The notes under the pieces: generated by a model | Database searches by the model: none | Seen by the model: the letters and a program-made list of their open reading frames with translations, nothing else | What the model was told of the DNA's origin: nothing | Program-made: the position numbers and the translations under genes | IMG/VR virus record: IMGVR_UViG_3300044949_002487 | Reading direction: 5' to 3' (one strand) | Source: an uncultured virus (IMG/VR IMGVR_UViG_3300044949_002487) | Lineage: Duplodnaviria > Heunggongvirae > Uroviricota > Caudoviricetes | Length of the DNA: 20,000 bases | Shown: positions 8,120 through 15,619 of the stretch, piece by piece | Position numbering within the stretch: the stretch's first letter is position 1 | Layout of the letters: each line of letters begins with the position of its first letter

Positions 8120-8164
8120 CTCGTAGCTACTGGCGCTTCCTTTTTCCTTTGCTATCAGGGACCC

Positions 8165-8674
8165 ATGAAAAAACACACGCTCCCCAAAGGGCCACCTGTC
8201 AAACGACTGCCCTTCAAGATGCGGGAACCTAACGACAACCTCGAGGCGTACGGATGGTCGCTGCAGTGGTTGCGCCACCAGTCGGCTGACGACCCGCAGA
8301 TCGCCGGTCGCCCGGTGTTTCAGCTGGCCACAGATCTCAAGATGATCAAACGTTACGGTGTCGACCTGTCTTTCATCGACCCGCGGTACGTTCAGTACAT
8401 GCTCGACCAGCGCCCCGAGATCAGTAAGGGCCTAGAAAAAGTCAGGGCCGCGGGTTACACACCCGAGGCCCTGGAGAAGTTTAATAGTCTGATCGTGAAG
8501 GTATTTGAAGAACATGTGCTGGTCGATATCATCCAGCGGTTCTTCAAAGTCGCTCCACTCGTCACCCAGTTCTACGCTGCCAAGCTCGCCTATGAGAGCG
8601 TGCACGGCGTAGAGAAAGACGAAGAAGACGACGAGCCTCAGATCGAGGCCAAGACCACAAAGTCACGACGATAG
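8165..8674 (+). CDS. Hypothetical protein
   Basis: AGGGA precedes the ATG; the 169-aa ORF has typical codon usage. Confidence 0.75.
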   Translation: MKKHTLPKGPPVKRLPFKMREPNDNLEAYGWSLQWLRHQSADDPQIAGRPVFQLATDLKMIKRYGVDLSFIDPRYVQYMLDQRPEISKGLEKVRAAGYTPEALEKFNSLIVKVFEEHVLVDIIQRFFKVAPLVTQFYAAKLAYESVHGVEKDEEDDEPQIEAKTTKSRR

Positions 8675-8916
8675 CCAACGACAGGCCCGCGCTTACCGAG
8701 AAGCAGCTCGTCGTCGGTCTTACCTTCGGCGTCGACAGGGTACGGCCCGCTGGCGTTCGAGACGCCCGGGCGATTCAGCCCAGCCTCAGCCGCCTTCTGC
8801 AGTACCATGTTCGAGGTGCTGGCCGCGAGCAATTCTTCAATGCGACTGCTCGTGACCGTAAAGTCGGCCCGACCGTTCGTGACCTTCGACAACTCGTCCA
8901 GAATGGAAACACTCAT
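8638..8916 (-). CDS. Hypothetical protein (92 aa, MSVSILDELSK...)
   Basis: The minus-strand leader reads GGAGGTTTCC-ATG (ATG = CAT at 8914-8916). The gene fills the gap between two + strand genes. Confidence 0.7.
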   Translation of the reverse strand: MSVSILDELSKVTNGRADFTVTSSRIEELLAASTSNMVLQKAAEAGLNRPGVSNASGPYPVDAEGKTDDELLLGKRGPVVGYRRDFVVLASI

Positions 8917-9406
8917 GGAAACCTCCGAAAACCAGGAATTGACCGTAACTCTGGCCAGTCTAGCGCCAATCTTAAAGCTCGACAAGCTGCAGCTCAAGGC
9001 GCACTCCCGCTTCTACAACTACGCCAATGAGAAGGCCAATCCCGAGGTCGACCCGCTACCCCGGTACGTAGTTTTGCGGCTGCTCCTGGCCGATCTACTT
9101 GAGCGGCTGGCCTTTCTCACGCCGAGCAAACGGCAGACGATTCTGGAGCATTACAACGAGGACATCGATACCAACCAAGATCAATGGGAAACACTGGCCT
9201 TTGCCGATGGAAACTGGTGCACCTGGACGGGACATCACGGTTGGTTGGACCTGACCAGCGGAGACGTCGTGGAGACGCTGCCCGCCGCTCCGGTGGAGAC
9301 CATTGGGTACAATTTGGTGACGCTCCACCACCGGGCGATCGCGAAGATCAGGAAAAGGAACGCCAATGTCGAAGAACATCCTCCAGGAAGCGTGGACGAG
9401 CCGTGA
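8915..9406 (+). CDS. Hypothetical protein (METSENQELT...)
   Basis: ATG 8915 is the in-frame ATG with least overlap with the minus-strand gene; 8903, 8840 and 8807 are alternatives. It overlaps the next gene by 41 nt. Confidence 0.65.
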   Translation: METSENQELTVTLASLAPILKLDKLQLKAHSRFYNYANEKANPEVDPLPRYVVLRLLLADLLERLAFLTPSKRQTILEHYNEDIDTNQDQWETLAFADGNWCTWTGHHGWLDLTSGDVVETLPAAPVETIGYNLVTLHHRAIAKIRKRNANVEEHPPGSVDEP

Positions 9407-10040
9407 AACCTTTGCGTCGGTGCTTCTGACGCTGTTCCTAGACCGGTTTGAAATGGAGGCCCTGGAGTGGGACGCCTCCACAATCGCCTTGGAGATCGAG
9501 GAAGAGTTTGACGTCGATTTGCCCCAACTGTCGCTCGACAAACTCTTGGTGGCCATTCAAATCTTGACGACAGACAGATTTCACAAGTCGCTCCCCGACT
9601 TTGTGGAGTTCTGCAATGTCCTGAACGGCGACACCTACAATCCGCAGACGTTCGACCCGGCCGACGCCGAAGACGTCGCTTGGGGTATCACCGAGTCAAT
9701 GCTAATCGCGCCGCCAGAGGACGACGACAAAGAGCCCTTCAGCAGCGAGATCAGGGCCTACATCGGCGCAGTCCTCGATCAGGAAGGCATCATCAACGCA
9801 CCTGACGTCCTGCGGATCGCGCTACGCAAAGCCCGTATCTCGCCGTCGATTGGCGACTTCTCGGACGACCCTGAGATGTTCTCCGCTGTTTACGACCTGG
9901 AGCAGGGAAAAACGGCCGAGATCAACGAGACGATCCGGACCAAAACGCAGATTCTGGCGGCGCAACTGGCCGCGCTGCAGCTTACAAATGGAAACACACA
10001 GTCCGTGGCCCAGCTGCTGAACGACTCTGTGCAGCGCTAG
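9366..10040 (+). CDS. Hypothetical acidic, helical phage protein
   Basis: AAGGA SD before the ATG; a 224-aa ORF with strong coding-like codon bias. Confidence 0.8.
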   Translation: MSKNILQEAWTSRETFASVLLTLFLDRFEMEALEWDASTIALEIEEEFDVDLPQLSLDKLLVAIQILTTDRFHKSLPDFVEFCNVLNGDTYNPQTFDPADAEDVAWGITESMLIAPPEDDDKEPFSSEIRAYIGAVLDQEGIINAPDVLRIALRKARISPSIGDFSDDPEMFSAVYDLEQGKTAEINETIRTKTQILAAQLAALQLTNGNTQSVAQLLNDSVQR

Positions 10041-10055
10041 GCGGAAAGGGACAAC

Positions 10056-10262
10056 ATGCTCGTTCTGTCGCGAAAGCGGAACGAAAAAATTCTGGTCGGC
10101 CACGATATCAAGATCACCGTCGTAGAAATCATTGGAGACCGCGTGCGGTTAGGCATCGAGGCGCCCGATATGGTGCCTGTGGTGCGGGCCGAGTTAGCCG
10201 CGACCTGGCGGCAACGGAGGGAAAAAGAAAACAGCAATGGGCTGGAACGACCGGCTGATTGA
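10056..10262 (+). CDS. csrA: Carbon storage regulator CsrA/RsmA family translational regulator
   Basis: MLVLSRKRNEKILVGHDIKITVVEIIGDRVRLGIEAPDMVPVVRAEL matches the CsrA pattern ([46 protein letters not shown]), including the beta1 residues and the R44 equivalent. Confidence 0.95.
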   Translation: MLVLSRKRNEKILVGHDIKITVVEIIGDRVRLGIEAPDMVPVVRAELAATWRQRREKENSNGLERPAD

Positions 10263-10560
10263 CGACCCATACGGACCGACTGACGAAGAACGCCAGTCAT
10301 TCTTCGACTGGCAAGAATATCAGCACTATTGCGCAATGCTCGACGCAGAAATCGAGCAGCAGTCTGCGCCGCCCGCTCCAGAACGGATGGGCATCTCTTC
10401 GCAGATGATTGATCCGGACAGCTTCGGGGGCCTGTCTAAAGATATCTTTTCCGCCCGCCCCCTTACACCGAAGGAGTCCGCGCATGCCCGCGACCAAGAC
10501 GAAGACCAAGCCAAAGACAAAGGCCAAGACCAACACCAAGATCAAGGCCAAAGAGGATAG
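10237..10560 (+). CDS. Hypothetical acidic protein
   Basis: The ORF fills the space between csrA and the 10484 gene; its last 77 nt overlap the next gene. Confidence 0.55.
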   Translation: MGWNDRLIDDPYGPTDEERQSFFDWQEYQHYCAMLDAEIEQQSAPPAPERMGISSQMIDPDSFGGLSKDIFSARPLTPKESAHARDQDEDQAKDKGQDQHQDQGQRG

Positions 10561-10849
10561 GATCGTCGCCCAGATCACGCCGGAGACGCTGCTCAAGGAC
10601 GGCGGTTTGTTCGACGCCGTGGCCCTCCTGTGCGCCATCTTCAACCGCAAGCAGCGGCGTCCCTGCGTGCGGCAGGCTACGATCTACGGCATCAAGCAGA
10701 TCGCGACCATGCTGCTCGCGCAGGACAAGGACGTGCCGCAGCTCATGCAGATGCTGGACAAGGACGCGCTGAAGGAAGGTACCGGGCGATCAACCGCCAG
10801 CGAGTTCGTAAAGTCGTTCGAGCGGAAGAAGGCTGTCAGCCGCCGCTGA
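10484..10849 (+). CDS. Hypothetical protein with a Lys/Thr-rich N-terminal tail
   Basis: AAGGAG SD at 10471-10476 precedes ATG 10484, giving MPATKTKTKPKTKAKTNTKIKAK. Confidence 0.75.
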   Translation: MPATKTKTKPKTKAKTNTKIKAKEDRIVAQITPETLLKDGGLFDAVALLCAIFNRKQRRPCVRQATIYGIKQIATMLLAQDKDVPQLMQMLDKDALKEGTGRSTASEFVKSFERKKAVSRR

Positions 10850-11962
10850 CTTCACAGCGGGCGACAGGCCCTTCTCGGCCGCCAGGCGGTCGAGCGTCGA
10901 GGCCATGCCCCGGTCCAGGGTGGGCACGATCGCCGCGAGCTTGTCCCGGTCGAGGTACACGCCTCCGGCCGTGACGGCGTCCGCGAACTCGTCGCCCATC
11001 CAGGACCGGACATCGTCTTCGGCGAGCTTCTCGAGATCCTCGAGGTTGTAGACGTTGCCCGTGGTCGTCTCGACGTGGGCCTTCATGAAGTCGCTGGCCA
11101 CCTTCTCGGTGATCGCGAACAGGATTTCCTCGGGCCGCTCGAGGCCGCCCTCGTCATAGAACCGGTGCAGGCCGGTCGCCCGGTCGTATTCATCGACCGC
11201 GGCGGCCAGCTTGAGTCGCAGCGCCTCGCCCCTGGCTTCCTCGGGGTTGGCCTCGACCACGGCGGCCAGCTTCGTCATCTCCGCGGCCAGTTCCTTCTGG
11301 CTGTGGGCGACGAGGCTGGCCCGGCCGCGCAGCATCTGCGCCGCAACCTTCGCCGCGCACGCCCCTCGGCCAGCGGCCAGGTGCAGCGCGTCGTTGGCTT
11401 CGCTGACGTCAGCGTCGTAGGCGGCCGCCTTCTCGAGGATCTTGGTGGCGATCGTGTGCCGGTCGGCGAAAGTGAACTGATCGCGGTGCGTCCGGAAATG
11501 GGCGGCCGCGAACTTCACCTCGGTGGCGTTGCGCAGGGGCCAGTGGCGATCTTTGTTCCCGACCTCATCAGCCCAGACAATGGCGAAGTCGCTGTCCGGC
11601 AGACTGTTCAGATCAGCCCCGGCCACGGCCGCGGCCTTGTTACGCAGTTCTTTCACAAGGCCCGCAATGCCAAAATAGCTGGCAGCGGCGTCGAGCCGCT
11701 CTTCGATCTTCTGGGCCCGGCCCGCATCAAACGACGCGCGCTTGTCCTCGAAGAAGAGGGCAGACACCCACGTTGCGGGCGCGGTATGACACGGATAAAG
11801 TTTGGCAAGCGGATCGGCGTACATGTGGCGCTGGAGGTCATTACCCCCGGCAACGCGATCCTGGCTGGCAGCCTTAACGAAATCCGGCGGCGGGAAAAGC
11901 GCGGTCAGCCGATGGGTCTCGCGGCCACTGATGTCCTGAGTCTGATCGAGCGGGTTTGACAT
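10790..11962 (-). CDS. Probable head-associated protein (390 aa) with two DUF6582-like units and many K-x-A-[A/S] motifs
   Basis: Start MSNPLDQ (CAT at 11960-11962) with GGAAGTAGGT upstream. The two units are LQRHMYADPLAKLYPCHT...IEERLDAAASYFGI and LPDSDFA...RHWPLRN...KILEKAAAYDADV. The family assignment is from memory of the LPDSDFA..R.YP motif. Confidence 0.7.
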   Translation of the reverse strand: MSNPLDQTQDISGRETHRLTALFPPPDFVKAASQDRVAGGNDLQRHMYADPLAKLYPCHTAPATWVSALFFEDKRASFDAGRAQKIEERLDAAASYFGIAGLVKELRNKAAAVAGADLNSLPDSDFAIVWADEVGNKDRHWPLRNATEVKFAAAHFRTHRDQFTFADRHTIATKILEKAAAYDADVSEANDALHLAAGRGACAAKVAAQMLRGRASLVAHSQKELAAEMTKLAAVVEANPEEARGEALRLKLAAAVDEYDRATGLHRFYDEGGLERPEEILFAITEKVASDFMKAHVETTTGNVYNLEDLEKLAEDDVRSWMGDEFADAVTAGGVYLDRDKLAAIVPTLDRGMASTLDRLAAEKGLSPAVKSAAADSLLPLERLYELAGG

Positions 11963-14600
11963 GGCTTCGTTACCTACTTCCCTGGTCCGCCGACACAACC
12001 ATCTCAACGCCCTGTCGGCACTGGGCATACTGCCGGAAAAGCCCGCTTTCCCGGCCGTTATCGATTGTCCGTTTTGCCAGCAGCCCAGCCTTTATTTGTT
12101 TGACGACGTGGTCTGCGATGGCGTTTGGGCGCACTGCGAAGGCTGCCGTGCGCATGGAGATATCATAACCTTTGGCGCGCGGATCTGGAACATAAGCCTT
12201 GCCGAGGCATTAACACGTTTTGCCGACCAGGGTATGGCCTCCCGCGGCGAAGTTGACCGCATTTCAGGCGAGTATCTCCGCGCGGTCAACCGGCTGGCTG
12301 AGGCCGAGGCGTTTTGGGCCGTAGCTGCCAGCCAGGCCTGGAATCACCACGACGACGTCATTGCGTGCCGCCAGCGCGAGCTTGGGCTCGACAGCGCCGT
12401 GCCAGCCTGTGATGACCTGCTTGGCGTGGCCCACCCCGACCAGGTCGCCGAGTTCTGCCGGGCGGTAGGCAAAGCGACGCCGCCCCGAATGCGCGAGCAC
12501 GGGCCGAGTCTCGTGCTGCCGTACTACGACTTGCCAGGCCGCCTGACCGGGATGCTGCTCGTTCAGTACAACGACGAGTTCATGTCCCGCCGTACGTTTG
12601 TACCGATTACCTCGCACATCAAACGCAAGGCGGAGGCGGGATATTATCTCCTGCAGACAGTGCTCCTGCCGAGTCCGGTTGCGCTGCGCAACTCGTACTT
12701 TGTAACGGACGACCCATTCTGGATGCTCAAAGTTCAGACGGCGCAGCTCAAAGCCGGACTGAACATGCTTCCCATGGCCGCCAGCTACGGCGGACCAGAG
12801 GCGACGAGCACCGGCCGGAACTGGCAGTCATTCAGTTCCACTCCGCGAATGTTTCACGCCGCGAGCTATACGCCGGAGGTTATCTCTCAGGCCAACGCAG
12901 CGAAAGGATACGTGTGTGTTGCGCCGCCCGAAGCCGTCGAGCGAACGGCCACCCCGTCTCGGACCCTGACGCGGCTGGCCCAGATCCGGCAGCGCGCCCA
13001 GACCTGGCAGCAGGCACTGGAGCACGTCCTCGCCAACACCAACGAGACTGCGGCGTCGGCGTTTGTGACAAAACTCACCGTCGACATCGACAAGCTCCAG
13101 CACTTCTTCCGCACCAGAAAGCACAACTTGTCGCCGGACTTCTGCGGGCGGCTGCTGACGCAGGTCGAGACCGGGCTGAACATTCCCACCAAAGTTACGC
13201 AAAAGCGGTCGGTTGTTATCGAGCGAATTGGTTGTTGGTGGACGCACACTAATCATCAGATCGTCAATGCTCAAATCCAAATCGACAAGATTGTTCACGC
13301 GGAAAACGGCGAGCGGCTATACGTCGGCACAATACGAACTGGCGAAAAGACACTGGAGTTTGCCGACACCGCGGATCGCATCGAGCGGATGGGACTTTTA
13401 GCCTATGCCGCGCAACACGCCGCAGCTGAGGACATCCTGATCCTTTACGATCGGACCTGGAACGCGCGGAGCTGCATGCTGGCCTTACGCCTGCACGAGC
13501 CCGAGATCGCGCATGTTTCTGGGCGTAGCGGCTGGAACGAGCGGACGCATCAGTTCTGCTTTAAAAGCTATGCAATTGAGAACGACGGCAGCGTCACGCG
13601 CTTTCCTTATCCGCAGATCAATCGCGACGTGCCTGACTTTCCGGAACCGTTGCCGGTCGCGCCGCTCCCGATCCGGCACTTGCTGACGCCGAGCTACGAG
13701 AACGCTTACCTTTGGACGGTGTTTGCCGCCTTCACCGCTGACCTGCTGGCGCCGGTTGTCGGCAGGCCAGCGACCATGACCGCGCTGTCTGGCGAGGGGT
13801 ACGCTGCCGCCGTTGCCCTGGGCGCCAGCCTGAGCTGCCCAGAAATTCGCTCGGCGGGTGTGAGTAAGCACAACGCCTCTACCGCTATTCGGAAGGCAGC
13901 GGAAGAGGCGCACTGGCCGTTGTTTGCCGCGCACGCGTTTAGCGACGTCACGCTGTGCCGAAGCGTGCTGCGCGTTCCTGCCGGACCTGGGTTTGTCAGA
14001 CTAGACGACCATACGGCTGGCCTGGCGCCAGGCTACGGGTGGCAGTGGATTCGGGGAACAGCGCCCGCCGATTTGCCAGATTTTTCGGCGCTGCGGCATG
14101 TCCTGCCCAGTTATATCCAGCGCACTCTCCAGCGCCGGGTGCAGTTGGTCACGCAGAAAGAAAGCCTTACGGTCGCCGTGCTCGAGGACCTGGCGGAGTG
14201 GCTCAAAGATATCTATGGCGCGACGTTCAACCTGGCCTGCGCCAGCAACCGATTGGTCACCTCCGACCGGGCCCACGAGGCCCTGATGGAAGTGGTCAAC
14301 TTCGGCATAATCGCGGGAAAACTCGATATCCTTCCCCGGCCGCGGCGCAAAGACCAGGCGGGCAATTACCTCTTGCGCAACAAGCAGCACTGGTGGTTGA
14401 ATCAGCGCGCCCTGGAAAGGTATTGTGTTTCTGCCGGTGGAATTGTCCCGAACTGGCAAGCAGTTAAAGAGTTATTTAGTCGCAACGGTTTGTTGTATGG
14501 CGACCAAAACGTTCACAATATGCCTGGGCTATTAATTAACAAAGACTGGTGCGATCGTTTCTGGAGCGACTACACAACCGATGCGCGCGAATTTGGATGA
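11961..14600 (+). CDS. Large DnaG-like zinc-finger protein; primase/helicase-like, with apparently degenerate catalytic motifs
   Basis: CPFC...HCEGCRAHGDIITF is CHC2 Zn-finger-like and LVLPYYDLPGRLTG resembles the DnaG N-terminal core. YFVTDDPF sits where TOPRIM VEG.FD is expected. A DUF927-like SGRSGW..F segment and a winged-helix-like C-terminus follow. Confidence 0.65.
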   Translation: MASLPTSLVRRHNHLNALSALGILPEKPAFPAVIDCPFCQQPSLYLFDDVVCDGVWAHCEGCRAHGDIITFGARIWNISLAEALTRFADQGMASRGEVDRISGEYLRAVNRLAEAEAFWAVAASQAWNHHDDVIACRQRELGLDSAVPACDDLLGVAHPDQVAEFCRAVGKATPPRMREHGPSLVLPYYDLPGRLTGMLLVQYNDEFMSRRTFVPITSHIKRKAEAGYYLLQTVLLPSPVALRNSYFVTDDPFWMLKVQTAQLKAGLNMLPMAASYGGPEATSTGRNWQSFSSTPRMFHAASYTPEVISQANAAKGYVCVAPPEAVERTATPSRTLTRLAQIRQRAQTWQQALEHVLANTNETAASAFVTKLTVDIDKLQHFFRTRKHNLSPDFCGRLLTQVETGLNIPTKVTQKRSVVIERIGCWWTHTNHQIVNAQIQIDKIVHAENGERLYVGTIRTGEKTLEFADTADRIERMGLLAYAAQHAAAEDILILYDRTWNARSCMLALRLHEPEIAHVSGRSGWNERTHQFCFKSYAIENDGSVTRFPYPQINRDVPDFPEPLPVAPLPIRHLLTPSYENAYLWTVFAAFTADLLAPVVGRPATMTALSGEGYAAAVALGASLSCPEIRSAGVSKHNASTAIRKAAEEAHWPLFAAHAFSDVTLCRSVLRVPAGPGFVRLDDHTAGLAPGYGWQWIRGTAPADLPDFSALRHVLPSYIQRTLQRRVQLVTQKESLTVAVLEDLAEWLKDIYGATFNLACASNRLVTSDRAHEALMEVVNFGIIAGKLDILPRPRRKDQAGNYLLRNKQHWWLNQRALERYCVSAGGIVPNWQAVKELFSRNGLLYGDQNVHNMPGLLINKDWCDRFWSDYTTDAREFG

Positions 14601-14937
14601 CGACGTGGTTTCGTTCGAGCAGTACAACGAACTGGCGAAGTTTTACGCTCGTTACGACGACGGTTTAGACGACGACTTTCTCGAGGAGGAGTGGCAATTT
14701 GTCCATGAATCCGATGACGAGGACGAAGACGAGGACGAAGATTACTCGCCCCCAGCCGCGCCGGACTGGTACCTCGACGACGATGAAGACGAGGACGAGG
14801 ACGAAGACGAGGAAGAAGAGGACGAGGAAGACGACGAGGACGATGACGACCAGGACTGGGACGCCGGAACCGACGATTACGAAGACGAAGAAGACGATGA
14901 CGACGACTGGTATGAGGACAAACACAGCGAGGAGTAG
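14581..14937 (+). CDS. Hyper-acidic low-complexity protein (67 of 118 residues are D/E)
   Basis: GAC/GAG/GAA-rich ORF filling the gap between two clear genes. Its TAG overlaps the next GTG. The start may instead be TTG at 14593. Confidence 0.75.
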   Translation: MRANLDDDVVSFEQYNELAKFYARYDDGLDDDFLEEEWQFVHESDDEDEDEDEDYSPPAAPDWYLDDDEDEDEDEDEEEEDEEDDEDDDDQDWDAGTDDYEDEEDDDDDWYEDKHSEE

Positions 14938-15389
14938 TGCAAACTTTTCTGCCCTTTGCGCGCTTTAACAAGTGCGCATATGTGCTCGACAACAAAAGGC
15001 TTTTTAAACAAGCCGTCGAATGCAAGCAGATTCTTCTGGCGCTCGGCGTATCAGTCGGCGCCCATAAGCCAACGGGCAGCAAGGCCTGGCAGAATCACCC
15101 GGCGGTCCGCATGTGGCGCGGACACGAGCTGGCCCTGGCGATCTATTCAGTCCACATGGCGTTCGAATGCCGACGCCGCGGCTATAAGGACAAACTGCTC
15201 GAGGAGTTTCTCGAGGTTGTTCGGCAGCTGCGTAATCCCGACGAGCCCGCGCGGTATCCGCCGTGGATGCGCGACTGGGGTATCATGACCAGCCACCGGT
15301 CCAACCTCCTGCGCAAGGACAAGGACTACTACACCCGGTTCGGCTGGCTCGTGAAGCCGGACCTTCCCTACAAGTGGCCCGTACCGTAA
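14937..15389 (+). CDS. MSMEG_6728 family / pyrimidine-dimer DNA glycosylase-like protein
   Basis: Signature segments MQTFLP, LDNKRL.KQ.VE..QIL, W.NHPAVRMWRG.E.AL, RGY.D, SHRSNLLRKD and DLPY.WP. Confidence 0.88.
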   Translation: MQTFLPFARFNKCAYVLDNKRLFKQAVECKQILLALGVSVGAHKPTGSKAWQNHPAVRMWRGHELALAIYSVHMAFECRRRGYKDKLLEEFLEVVRQLRNPDEPARYPPWMRDWGIMTSHRSNLLRKDKDYYTRFGWLVKPDLPYKWPVP

Positions 15390-15397
15390 ACAAAACC

Positions 15398-15619
15398 ATG
15401 ACACACGACATCATCATCGGCCAACTTTACATGTATCGCCCGCTGTTCGGCTCATCGGCGCCGTCTGTATTTCAGCAAGGCGAAACAGTGCGCGTCGTTC
15501 GGGAAGCGCGGCTGAACGCCGAGACAGAGAAGACGGGCTACTATTTCGTCACAACCGAAGACGGCGTGCTCGGCAGCCTTGTTAGTGCAGGGAGCTTGCA
15601 TGAGCTGGATCGTAGTTGA
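15398..15619 (+). CDS. Small hypothetical protein (73 aa, SH3-like beta pattern)
   Basis: ATG lies 8 nt after the upstream stop. The protein reads GETVRVV...YYFVTTEDG..GSLVSAGSL. Confidence 0.6.
   Translation: MTHDIIIGQLYMYRPLFGSSAPSVFQQGETVRVVREARLNAETEKTGYYFVTTEDGVLGSLVSAGSLHELDRS

Noticed and set aside
11075..11959. 294-aa plus-strand ORF opposite the 390-aa minus gene
   Set aside because: It is a typical antisense shadow of a high-GC3 gene; the recognisable motifs are on the minus strand.
14570..15082. Arg-rich, Val-rich and Thr/Arg/Lys-rich ORFs overlapping the acidic gene
   Set aside because: They are alternative readings of the GAC/GAG/GAA repeat; only the acidic frame is coupled to the next gene.
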